Source: a virus | Lineage: Duplodnaviria; Caudoviricetes | DNA: 38,828 nucleotides | Virus record (IMG/VR): IMGVR_UViG_3300037515_000431 | Location: 1 to 38,828 of that record | Strand: one strand, 5' to 3' | Part shown: positions 1 to 8,234 of the stretch, one piece after another | Layout: each line of letters begins with the position of its first letter | Numbering within the stretch: the stretch's first letter is position 1 | Position numbers and translations under genes: made by a program | The notes under the pieces: generated by a model | What the model was told of the DNA's origin: nothing | The model's input: the letters and a program-made list of their open reading frames with translations, nothing else | Database searches by the model: none

Positions 1-219
1 GGAAGGGGAAGGGGGGGGGGCGAGAAAAGTAGAAAAAATTCTGGAGGCATACATTAAATATTGTGATCTCCAAATTTTCCCCCTCCCCCCCCTCTTAGTC
101 AAAGATAAGTCTATTTAAGAAGTTGTCTGAAAGGGTAGTGCTACTGCCCAGGACACGATTGAAACTTGTGCTCCGCACAAGCTAAGGGCGCTATTAGTGG
201 GCCACCCTTACAGGTGGCC

Positions 220-245
220 ATGAGAAACTGACAGTACCGTAATTA
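220..245 (+). repeat. 26-bp repeat copy: direct copy at 1595-1620, inverted partial copy at 829-848
   Basis: ATGAGAAACTGACAGTACCGTAATTA vs ATGAGAAACTAACAGTACCGTTATTA (24/26). The reverse complement of 829-848 is AAACTCTCAGTACCGTAATT (18/20). Confidence 0.85.
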
Positions 246-338
246 TAATAACCCTGCCGGTGGCAAGCCCTCCTAACCCATGCAAGCAAGCTTACACGGG
301 CTTAGGAGGACTAAGCACAACCCGTCAAAGGTTGGGCT

Positions 339-767
339 TTAGTCCTGCCGTGTAATCCCGGTAGTGACCTGAATAATTGTTAAATTATTTTGATTTGGAG
401 TGTCTTTTTCACGCCAGCCGTGACGAGCTTTTGTGTAATAGATACACGCAAGCACATTTCCATTGGTTGCCTGTTCCCGGAGAGAGTTAGAAACCTCAAA
501 TTCATCCATCGCGCAGCCATTATTTATGGCATCGTCTATTTGAGGAAAATCTAACCTCAAACTCTCCAAATCCCGCAACCTCATCCCCAGACTATATGCC
601 ACATACTCCGCCTTAGCGCCTATGCTGCATAGCTCTTGAATCTTATCTATATCCAATTGGGTAATTTGCTTGGTAAATCCGTTAGCCAGTTTGACTATGG
701 GTAGAGTATTACCCGGCATTAGTTCGGCTTGGGTGAGGGTAACTTCTTTTCGCTTTGATCTAGCCAT
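339..767 (-). CDS. terS: Terminase small subunit (putative)
   Basis: HTH-like N-half, then SLREQATNGNVLACIYYTKARHGWRE, typical of TerS C-termini. Lies upstream of terL across the junction. Confidence 0.7.
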   Translation of the reverse strand: MARSKRKEVTLTQAELMPGNTLPIVKLANGFTKQITQLDIDKIQELCSIGAKAEYVAYSLGMRLRDLESLRLDFPQIDDAINNGCAMDEFEVSNSLREQATNGNVLACIYYTKARHGWREKDTPNQNNLTIIQVTTGITRQD

Positions 768-1200
768 GGTGGGGGCGCAACCTTATTTTTTTTAAAGACC
801 AAGTTAATTAAGAATATGAGCTAAAAGCAATTACGGTACTGAGAGTTTAGCATAAAATTATAAAAGGTTTCCTCCCTTCTTTCCCCCCATATCCCCCCAA
901 TCATCCCACCTTCCAAAAATCATAAAACAAAACCATTGTTATAATGGATGCTTGATGTGTGTGGGGTATGTTAGGTATATGAATGCTTTATGCGGGTAGT
1001 AGTTATGATGTGCTTATCACGGATACTGATTAAGCCAAATATTTGATAAAGCCAGTTCTCTAAACCGCATTTTAGAAATCACCTATAAAACCTGTCAAGT
1101 CATTTTAGACCGAAGGTCTCCTTTAGATTAAATTGATAAGTGGGAGCTATCAACAATAACAACAGATTATTAAAAGGTTGATAAATGCCCTTTACAAAGA

Positions 1201-1217
1201 TATATAATTAATATATA
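1201..1217. promoter_or_regulatory. Candidate operator TATATA-N5-TATATA upstream of ardC
   Basis: TATATA ATTAA TATATA; the same 17-bp motif recurs in intergenic regions across the genome. Confidence 0.7.
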
Positions 1218-1263
1218 TTTATACCCAAGTTGTCAGATACCGCTGGCAATCAAAACCGGAGAA

Positions 1264-2157
1264 ATGCAAATGAAAGACGCACCAAAAAGAGACATTCATC
1301 AAGAAGTTACAGACAAGATTCTGGCTATTATGGAAGCCGGTAAATTGCCCTGGGAAAGGCCATGGCGTAAAGGGTCAAACAATGCTGATGGTTTGTTACC
1401 TTACAATGCAGTAAGCCGCACTAATTACTCTGGAATCAATCTACCGCTTTTGTGGGCCTCTGAGGGTGACTATGGCAGCAACGCATGGCTAACCTATAAA
1501 CAGGCTCAAAGCCTCGGAGGGAACGTTAGAAAAGGCGAATCAGGCTCTATGGTCGTTTTCTTTAAGCCGCTTATAGTAGAGGACAAGAAAACTAATGAGA
1601 AACTAACAGTACCGTTATTACGCAAATATACTGTATTTAATGTTGAGCAGTGTGAAAACCTGCAAGTACCAAAATTAAAACCTGTCACACCCCACATAAG
1701 CCCTCGTGGGGCTGTTTTGGATTTGGCAGTATACAATGCCATGGCAATAAAGCATGGAGGAGACAAGGCGTTTTATAGCCCATCTGAGGACTATATCGCA
1801 TTGCCACATTTTGATCAGTTTAAGAGCGAAGCTTTATATTCTTCCACCTTGGCGCACGAACTGACCCATTCTACCGGCCACAAAGACCGGCTTAACCGTG
1901 ATTTAAGTGGCATGTTCGGATGTGCTAAGTACGCTAAAGAAGAGTTAATAGCAGAGCTTGGAAGCGCTTTTTTAATGGCTGAACTGGGACTTGAATATGA
2001 AGCCCGTCATGCCGCAGCGTATTTGCAAAGCTGGATTAGCGGCTTGAAAGACGATAAAAAGCTAATCTTTCAAGCGGCAGCAGCCGCAAGCAAAGCAGTA
2101 GGCTTGCTACAAGGCAGGCTACATTTAGATAGTAATAAAATTACAGCAGCAGCATAA
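1264..2157 (+). CDS. ardC: ArdC-family anti-restriction / ssDNA-binding protein with zincin-like C-terminal domain
   Basis: LPWERPW, YSGINL, WLTYKQAQSLGGNVRKGE, YTVFNVEQ, HELTH, YAKEELIAELGSAFL, YLQSW motifs. The true start may be the ATG at 1270. Confidence 0.92.
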   Translation: MQMKDAPKRDIHQEVTDKILAIMEAGKLPWERPWRKGSNNADGLLPYNAVSRTNYSGINLPLLWASEGDYGSNAWLTYKQAQSLGGNVRKGESGSMVVFFKPLIVEDKKTNEKLTVPLLRKYTVFNVEQCENLQVPKLKPVTPHISPRGAVLDLAVYNAMAIKHGGDKAFYSPSEDYIALPHFDQFKSEALYSSTLAHELTHSTGHKDRLNRDLSGMFGCAKYAKEELIAELGSAFLMAELGLEYEARHAAAYLQSWISGLKDDKKLIFQAAAAASKAVGLLQGRLHLDSNKITAAA

Positions 2158-2182
2158 ACCAAACACATACGAGGGTAGAAAT

Positions 2183-2464
2183 ATGAAAACGCAAGATTTG
2201 ACGAAGTGGAATGGAGTAGCCGAAACGGATTTCAGCACTGTAGAAAAATTGTGCTTGTGCCGGGTCGAAATGTCGGAAGGCGTTTGTGTCGTAGTAGATG
2301 CCGGGCAGCCATTCGACATGTACAGTCTATACGCATTCACGCGTGGCACCATTGCGCCTGATGTTATCGCAGACTTTAAGCCAGACGCGCTGGAAAAAGA
2401 CATAGTCGCGTATTGTCGTTCCGTTGCATTCCGAAACGGCATCCCATTTTTATACGACAGATAG
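2183..2464 (+). CDS. Hypothetical protein
   Basis: ORF with GAGGG RBS, co-oriented with ardC. Confidence 0.6.
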   Translation: MKTQDLTKWNGVAETDFSTVEKLCLCRVEMSEGVCVVVDAGQPFDMYSLYAFTRGTIAPDVIADFKPDALEKDIVAYCRSVAFRNGIPFLYDR

Positions 2465-2472
2465 GTGAGATT

Positions 2473-2697
2473 ATGAGCAGATATATTAACGTGACATGCG
2501 GTATTTACAACACGTACTACGAGCTTGTGAGCCACCGTGATGGATCTGTCACGGTACGTGTACCGGGCATATCGTGGCGTGACAATACTGGCACGTTAAA
2601 ACACAGCAAAGTATGGATTAATGATCCAAAAAAATCGCCAGAATTAAGTGTTTTTTTGACGAGGACAGACTGGCTAATGATAACGGCTGTACATTAG
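2473..2697 (+). CDS. Hypothetical protein (start re-assigned to MSRYINV)
   Basis: AGGTGA RBS before ATG 2473. Confidence 0.5.
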   Translation: MSRYINVTCGIYNTYYELVSHRDGSVTVRVPGISWRDNTGTLKHSKVWINDPKKSPELSVFLTRTDWLMITAVH

Positions 2698-2840
2698 ATG
2701 ACGCATTATATTATTAATCAATAGGTGACATTATGGACTACAAAGTACAAAAATTAGTGGTAGATCAAAGCAAATCATACCGAGAGCTTGAGAGCGATGG
2801 TGTTATTGATAGCAATTTTTACGAGATAAACGATATTGAT

Positions 2841-3380
2841 TTAACTAATAATTTCTAACACATGATCAGGCAGAGCGGCAAGGAGCGCTGCTTCTGCCCG
2901 GTCATGATCCATGGCCCGCGCAACAAAGCGATCTATCCCGATGTTTAGCTCTTTTGCTTTGTTAATTGATAACTGCTTCATAGCCGACTGGGGGATTTTA
3001 TTAACATTCAACAAACCATAATATTTCTTCCACTTCTGCGGGCTTATCTTGCACAGCTCAAAGCCCATAGCAGAACCTATCCCCTCCATCGTTCCTTTGC
3101 TGTGGCCCAACAAAAAGGCGCTGTAAGACCCGTTTCTAATCATCGGATGGACATCCTCCAGCACTATCCGTGTTGCCCCATGCCGCTTGTAATGCGTCAG
3201 CAACTCACACAGCGCGCTCACATCCAGCTTACGGCGGCTCTTGTCTCCCCGGATAGTGGGCATATCATCAATCGTGATAACCAGATTCATGCGCGGATCA
3301 AACAGAGCGAGTGCCCCGCTCATCCCGATGTCTATTCCGATTACGAGGTTAACGCTGCTTTCTATATTTTCGCTTTGCAT
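2841..3380 (-). CDS. RuvC-like Holliday junction resolvase
   Basis: VIGIDIGMSGALA, IVLEDV, ISPQKWKK, DHDRAEAALLA acidic motifs. Start re-assigned to MQSENI. Confidence 0.85.
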   Translation of the reverse strand: MQSENIESSVNLVIGIDIGMSGALALFDPRMNLVITIDDMPTIRGDKSRRKLDVSALCELLTHYKRHGATRIVLEDVHPMIRNGSYSAFLLGHSKGTMEGIGSAMGFELCKISPQKWKKYYGLLNVNKIPQSAMKQLSINKAKELNIGIDRFVARAMDHDRAEAALLAALPDHVLEIIS

Positions 3381-3509
3381 AATAATCTTCCACCAAGTGT
3401 TTAACCCAAGCCCTGTATTCTTCTGGCACCCGCTGTAATTCAGCCGACCTTTCAGCAGGGGTTTTTCTAAGGATGATGGTAGCGGCAAGCTCTCGCGGCC
3501 AAATACGCC

Positions 3510-3923
3510 TTAAAACGGACAAAGCTCCCCCTCCCCTGGCCTATCCTCATCCAGCAAACTTTTTAAACGGTTAACGTTGGCTAATGCCACAAGCCTCAGC
3601 CGTTCCTTCTCCTCTGGCCCACGCTCCCTACCGGATAACAGCAACCGATGAGCCGTAGCGTTAAAACGGCCGGCCCCTGATAAAATCAGCCCAATATTGG
3701 GCCATTGCCATTCCTTTTCTCCATTCATGCTCATTCGCTGTGCGTTATCTATGGCAGACTTTAATTCACCCTCACTAAAGCGCCCTATTCTTTCCTTCCA
3801 GAGCGTTTTAGCTGCTTGCTCATGTGTTTGGTCAGGCCACTGCGCTTCATAGCGCGCAGCCCCGTACACAGCCCGCAAAAGTTCGAAAAAAATATCTACT
3901 TTGGTATCCATTACAACCCCCAC
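3510..3923 (-). CDS. Replication protein P-like helicase loader (putative)
   Basis: FELLRAVYG..RYEAQW...AAKTLW...WQWP pattern; overlaps the 3' end of the initiator gene. Confidence 0.6.
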   Translation of the reverse strand: MGVVMDTKVDIFFELLRAVYGAARYEAQWPDQTHEQAAKTLWKERIGRFSEGELKSAIDNAQRMSMNGEKEWQWPNIGLILSGAGRFNATAHRLLLSGRERGPEEKERLRLVALANVNRLKSLLDEDRPGEGELCPF

Positions 3924-4837
3924 GCTTTTAAAGTATCGGTACTGGCATTACCTAAATGATTAAAAACTTCTTTCCCACGGGTCTCTTTAAAATCCCTGGT
4001 TTGCTCGGCAAACGTAGCAAGACGCTTCTTATTAAGCGGGCTTCTGATCCAATTACGCCAGGTAGCATGCCAATTCAGCTTTATAGCGCCACTATCAGAA
4101 CGGGCTATCCAGTAGTCCCTGAATTGTTCCGCAATCTCCAGAATCTCCTGGCCAGTGAAATTACTATGCTCCATTGCCCACTCCCCCCATGCCCTGGGAA
4201 GCTGCCAGTCAGGACTTAAACGGGTACCGCGAGCAGTTCCTTCAGCTTTCTTTGCTATATGATTAATAATCGCAACCGCAGGAACACCAGGCTTCTCCCA
4301 CAGCCTCCCCGTTATATATTGATTAGCTGTCGGGATTTGACTAATTGCACCAGAAGACCACTCCCCTTCCAGCCTGTTTGCCAAATCTTCCATGATTTTG
4401 AAAAACAGGTCTTCTGTCATAGGCAATGCACTAAACGCCTTCCACGCATTCTCTCTCCCCATTGTGTTGCGCGGATAACTTTTCCAGAATTGATTGTTAA
4501 ACATGTCCATTACCAGCTCTAACTTCTTGTCTGCTACCAGTTGCTGGTGATCTTCAACAAACGGATCAATTACATTAATCAGCACCTCTGTTTTAGTTTT
4601 GTTTTGATGCACAATGCTTTTCCAGGCAATGATTTCTTTCTTTCGTAAAGCATTCAGGCTTTTTGTTAATTCTTTTTCTGGCAGTTCCAACAATTTAACA
4701 AGTGCGTTCATACTCGTAATCAACTTATAAACTCGCTGGTTATCCCGTAATTTATGGCACAACGCAACAAGCACTAAGCGCTCGGTGACAGTTAATCCGC
4801 TTCTTGTTAACGCAAAGCTCACACCTACAGCAGACAT
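3911..4837 (-). CDS. Phage replication initiator (HTH + FW..YP domain + DnaT-like C-terminal domain)
   Basis: N-terminal LTVTERLVLVALC HTH; FWKSYPR..GRENAWKAF; GTRLSPDWQLP...FRDYW...WHATWRNWIR. Confidence 0.8.
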   Translation of the reverse strand: MSAVGVSFALTRSGLTVTERLVLVALCHKLRDNQRVYKLITSMNALVKLLELPEKELTKSLNALRKKEIIAWKSIVHQNKTKTEVLINVIDPFVEDHQQLVADKKLELVMDMFNNQFWKSYPRNTMGRENAWKAFSALPMTEDLFFKIMEDLANRLEGEWSSGAISQIPTANQYITGRLWEKPGVPAVAIINHIAKKAEGTARGTRLSPDWQLPRAWGEWAMEHSNFTGQEILEIAEQFRDYWIARSDSGAIKLNWHATWRNWIRSPLNKKRLATFAEQTRDFKETRGKEVFNHLGNASTDTLKAWGL

Positions 4838-4846
4838 AATAATTAT

Positions 4847-5161
4847 TCACTTGCGCTTTTTTGTAACCCCGCGCTTTTCACTCAATCGCATACGGATACT
4901 TCGCTGTAAATTAATGTGATCTTCCAGCATCTTTTTTGTAACCCGTGCTCCATTTTTTGATGGCGTTCGGTTGAATTTACTTGCTTCAATTTTTATAGCC
5001 AAAAACTCTGACAGGTTTTTTTTAGTAGACACCAGCAGATTGAAATAAGCGGCAGAATAATTTGTTTCCCGCGCAAGCTGCTCACGTTCTTTTGTTGTCA
5101 AAGTTGTTAAATAGTCGTATAAGTTGCTTACTTCTTGCGGCTCAATAAATACCATGGGCAC
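4847..5161 (-). CDS. Cro-like transcriptional regulator
   Basis: EREQLARETNYSAAYF...LAIKIEAS pattern; divergent from the cI-like gene. Confidence 0.7.
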   Translation of the reverse strand: MPMVFIEPQEVSNLYDYLTTLTTKEREQLARETNYSAAYFNLLVSTKKNLSEFLAIKIEASKFNRTPSKNGARVTKKMLEDHINLQRSIRMRLSEKRGVTKKRK

Positions 5162-5166
5162 CCCCC

Positions 5167-5296
5167 TTTATAAAGGTTATATATATAAAAACACAAAACG
5201 ATTATATACTCAATATAAACAAACAGAGAAGGATAAAAATATTTTTTTAAAAAAATGATTGGACTTTTTGGATGAATACTATATATTGATTATATA
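5167..5296. promoter_or_regulatory. cro/cI divergent control region with three candidate operators
   Basis: TTTATA-AAGGT-TATATA (5167-5183), TATATA-CTCAA-TATAAA (5203-5219), TATATA-TTGAT-TATATA (5280-5296). Confidence 0.75.
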
Positions 5297-5333
5297 GCGC
5301 CTACCAACGCTACCTAAAACCGGAGAGATTAAT

Positions 5334-5792
5334 ATGAGCATAGAAACGCCAATGATCATCGCAGAACAACGCAGAATTAACGCCAGAGAGCTATTAAAAC
5401 AGTGTGATAGCAATAGGGACTTTGCTGCACGAGTAAAGATTAGTGGCGCGCAAGTCACTCACCTATTAGGCCCACACCCAACTTTTAATATAGGGGATAC
5501 AATCGCCAGGCGCATCGAAAAAGGCTTTAATAAGCCCGATTACTGGCTTGATATGGATCACACCGTAGAGCTGGGAGATGATAATGTAACAATAGAGCTA
5601 ATGCTGGAAGCGGTAAGGGTACTCAACGAAACCCTGAAGAAAAACAAAATGCAAATCGACAATATAGACCAAACACTATATAACGACATTTTAAGACATA
5701 TTATTTACACCGCGATCCCGCTGGGCAAAGTCTCCCCCTCCCAGATTCAAAGTACGCTGACACTTTCTCGCGTTTCTAAAATCGCAAACTAA
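5334..5792 (+). CDS. CI-like repressor (HTH); no recognisable S24 peptidase domain
   Basis: RRINARELL...FAARVKISGAQVTHLL...NIGDTIARRIEKGFNKPDYWLD, typical of phage repressor N-domains. Confidence 0.8.
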   Translation: MSIETPMIIAEQRRINARELLKQCDSNRDFAARVKISGAQVTHLLGPHPTFNIGDTIARRIEKGFNKPDYWLDMDHTVELGDDNVTIELMLEAVRVLNETLKKNKMQIDNIDQTLYNDILRHIIYTAIPLGKVSPSQIQSTLTLSRVSKIAN

Positions 5793-5910
5793 CGAGTGGC
5801 CTATGATTTCACAGTGCTCCCTCTGGGAGCACGACCAACACGCGCCCATTAGTTTTGCAGCAATCCCTTCAACAACCTCAGCCTTCAACATACAGCGCCC
5901 CTGTCACGGT

Positions 5911-6015
5911 TTTATATTAAATATATACCTGCATACAGCACTTATCAACCACTTAATATAATATATAAGGAATATATATTTAATTCTTGACGATTATATA
6001 TTAATCATATACTCT
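5911..6015 (+). promoter_or_regulatory. Early promoter region with three candidate operators
   Basis: Operators at 5911-5927, 5962-5978 and 5995-6011; TTGACG -35 at 5987-5992. Confidence 0.7.
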
Positions 6016-6047
6016 GCGCTCAGTCTATAAAAGATTGACCGCTTGCC

Positions 6048-6269
6048 ATGAGCCAAAACAGCAACTCCCCGTCAGTCCAGGCGCATCGGTCTTACTACGA
6101 ATGTATTTCTATTGCACAGCGTCAAGCAATGAGAGACATAGACGAAGAAGGGCAATTTAACAATCCATATAACCCGATTACCGACAGCCTTGCGTATGAG
6201 TCGTATCGCGTTATCGAGGCGTTATGGGGTAACGAATACAACCAACCAGCCAGCGAGGAAACACAATGA
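6048..6269 (+). CDS. Hypothetical protein
   Basis: First ORF of the early operon; ATGA overlap with the next gene. Confidence 0.6.
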   Translation: MSQNSNSPSVQAHRSYYECISIAQRQAMRDIDEEGQFNNPYNPITDSLAYESYRVIEALWGNEYNQPASEETQ

Positions 6270-6835
6270 AAGCATCCTATAAATCAACCGCGTTCGTACA
6301 AGCACCGGAAGGAAGTCATGCGGCGCGCCCTTATCAATTAGTTGATATTGGCATCCAGCACTCAGAGGCTTACGGTGATAAGCATCAGATTATTATTTCT
6401 TACGAGTTAGTGGATGAGCTGATGGAAGACGGACGCCCTTTTATATTAAATAAATTCTACAACCTCTCTCTCAACGAAAAAGCCACGCTCTGTATAGACC
6501 TGGAAGGAATTGCGGGTAGAAAGCTTTCTGACACAGAAAAAGAGAACTTTGATTTTCGCAAAATATTAAACGCGCCGTGCTTGATAAGCGTTATTCATGA
6601 AACAAAAAGCGGGGAAGCTAAAGCCAAAATTAAAACCATTAGCGCGCTCCCAAAAAACATGAGCGCTAGTCCGCTAAAAAACTCTCCCCTGTTTTTTGAC
6701 CTGGATCAACCCGATTGGGATGTATATGAAAAACTGCCAGAGTGGCTACAAGCAAAAATAAATAAAAAATCAATGGCGCCCATAACGGACGATGTGGCTT
6801 TTGATTCAGAAGCTGACGACATCCCCTTTAGTTAA
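6266..6835 (+). CDS. Phage ssDNA-binding / replication protein with SSB-like acidic tail
   Basis: APEGSHAAR..LVDIG, YNLSLNEKA, LPEWLQ motifs and C-terminal DDIPF. Confidence 0.7.
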   Translation: MKASYKSTAFVQAPEGSHAARPYQLVDIGIQHSEAYGDKHQIIISYELVDELMEDGRPFILNKFYNLSLNEKATLCIDLEGIAGRKLSDTEKENFDFRKILNAPCLISVIHETKSGEAKAKIKTISALPKNMSASPLKNSPLFFDLDQPDWDVYEKLPEWLQAKINKKSMAPITDDVAFDSEADDIPFS

Positions 6836-6842
6836 TTATTTC

Positions 6843-6867
6843 TGCCAGGGATGGCAATAACAGGAAG
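6843..6867 (+). promoter_or_regulatory. Candidate CsrA/RsmA binding hairpin plus a second GGA site at the RBS
   Basis: TGCCA-GGGA-TGGCA contains CANGGANG with GGA in the loop; ACAGGAAG follows just before ATG 6877. Confidence 0.55.
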
Positions 6868-6876
6868 CAACTAAAA

Positions 6877-7071
6877 ATGACTTCACTCTTTTCGGCAGCT
6901 GAAAAGAAATTGCTCAAGCAAATTGAAACGGGCAACGCATTTTTTAATTGTCCATACAAAAAAAACAGTGCCAGATATAAATATTGGTATGAGCAGTTAG
7001 AAAAAAAAGACCAACTTAGTTTTAACTTTCAATCGGAGAAAAAAAATGGCAACACCGAAGCTCGGTTATAA
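6877..7071 (+). CDS. Hypothetical protein
   Basis: In operon, with RBS. Confidence 0.55.
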   Translation: MTSLFSAAEKKLLKQIETGNAFFNCPYKKNSARYKYWYEQLEKKDQLSFNFQSEKKNGNTEARL

Positions 7072-7705
7072 AAACGCAGACGGAAAAAAAATTCCAGGTA
7101 CAACCACCATCATTGGCAGATTTAAAGACAGTGGCGGCCTCCTGCACTGGGCACACAAACAAGGTGCGGATGGCAAAACGTTGTACGAAGAGAGAGACAA
7201 GGCCGCAGAATGTGGAACGCTTGCTCACGAAATGGTAGAGCGCTTTTTGAATGATCAAGATCCGATGAAGGTGCTTGATAACGTAGAAGCAGAAATGGCA
7301 TTAAAGGCGCTCAATGCGTTTCAAATGTTCAGGGATTGGAAAGACCAAACAAAAATTAAAATCATCAGCAAGTATCAGGAAATACAAATGGTTTCCGAAC
7401 GCTATCAATACGGTGGCACCCCGGATGCAATTGGAATGCTGAACGGCAAATATATTTTGCTCGATTGGAAAACCAGCAACAGCGTGTACTCGGATTATTT
7501 GATGCAGTTAGCGGCATACAAAATCCTGTGGGAAGAGAATGATCATCCCATAATTAACGGTGGCTTTTATCTTTGCCGCTTTTCTAAAGACTTCCCTGAT
7601 TTTTCAGTGCATTATTTTGAAGAACTGGAATTAGCTGCTAAACAATTTCTTTTGTTCCGCGAGTGTTACGAGAACGACAAAGAGTTGAAAAAGAGAGTGA
7701 AGTAA
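7046..7705 (+). CDS. PD-(D/E)XK exonuclease
   Basis: GTTTII, GTLAH, YGGTPDAIG, LLDWKTS, QLAAY motifs. Confidence 0.88.
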   Translation: MATPKLGYKNADGKKIPGTTTIIGRFKDSGGLLHWAHKQGADGKTLYEERDKAAECGTLAHEMVERFLNDQDPMKVLDNVEAEMALKALNAFQMFRDWKDQTKIKIISKYQEIQMVSERYQYGGTPDAIGMLNGKYILLDWKTSNSVYSDYLMQLAAYKILWEENDHPIINGGFYLCRFSKDFPDFSVHYFEELELAAKQFLLFRECYENDKELKKRVK

Positions 7706-7707
7706 TA

Positions 7708-7938
7708 ATGAAAACGCAAACCAAGCAGATTGATGATGCAAGCTATCAAATTGAATCATGCCCATTTTGCAAAGGGGCTGCCATGTTATTTAGATCAGGA
7801 CAAGATAGCCATTACTATGTAACGTGTGTTGACGAAGAAGAGCGCTGTAAAGTAATTAGCTCAACCATTCCCTGCAAAACCGCTCATGAAGCAATCAGTA
7901 CCTGGAATAACAGAGGAACTATTTTGTTATGCCACTAG
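7708..7938 (+). CDS. Lar-family restriction alleviation protein
   Basis: SCPFCKG...YYVTC...C...EAISTWN. Start re-assigned to ATG 7708. Confidence 0.75.
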   Translation: MKTQTKQIDDASYQIESCPFCKGAAMLFRSGQDSHYYVTCVDEEERCKVISSTIPCKTAHEAISTWNNRGTILLCH

Positions 7939-8162
7939 TCAGAGCGAAGGAATGGGCCGAGAAAAACTTTGAGTCAGGTTCGCGCCCTTCTAGCGCTGCC
8001 ATTTCGCAATGGATAGCCAGAGGGGAAATAGAAGGGAGGATTATAGGGCGCCTTGTCTTTGTTGAGAGCGATACGCTGGATAAGCCCGCCAGGACACCAA
8101 AACCACACCCCGCCAACGCTACAGCCCCTTTGATTGCTGGGCGGTATCGACTAAAAAGCTAG
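7929..8162 (+). CDS. xis: Excisionase
   Basis: EWAEKNF...PS...ISQWIARGEI.G..IGR.VFV winged-helix pattern, directly upstream of the integrase. Confidence 0.75.
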   Translation: MPLVRAKEWAEKNFESGSRPSSAAISQWIARGEIEGRIIGRLVFVESDTLDKPARTPKPHPANATAPLIAGRYRLKS

Positions 8163-8176
8163 ATTCAATCTCTCCC

Positions 8177-8204
8177 TTGACGCCGTATATAATGGATATA
8201 TAAT
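8177..8204 (+). promoter_or_regulatory. Integrase promoter overlapped by a candidate operator
   Basis: TTGACG-N16-TATAAT with TATATA-ATGGA-TATATA at 8186-8202. Confidence 0.7.
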
Positions 8205-8234
8205 AGAGCACCCTACAACAAAACCGGAGAGATT

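Noticed and set aside
5201-5226. Possible self-target of array unit U2 under an NN-skip-one model
   Set aside because: Only about 12 of 18 positions match in very AT-rich DNA. My manual check covered only a few intergenic regions, so a full computational search is still needed.
7046-7705. Cas4 partner for the RAMP gene
   Set aside because: No four-Cys Fe-S pattern; it sits in an ordinary SSB/recombination operon far from the array.
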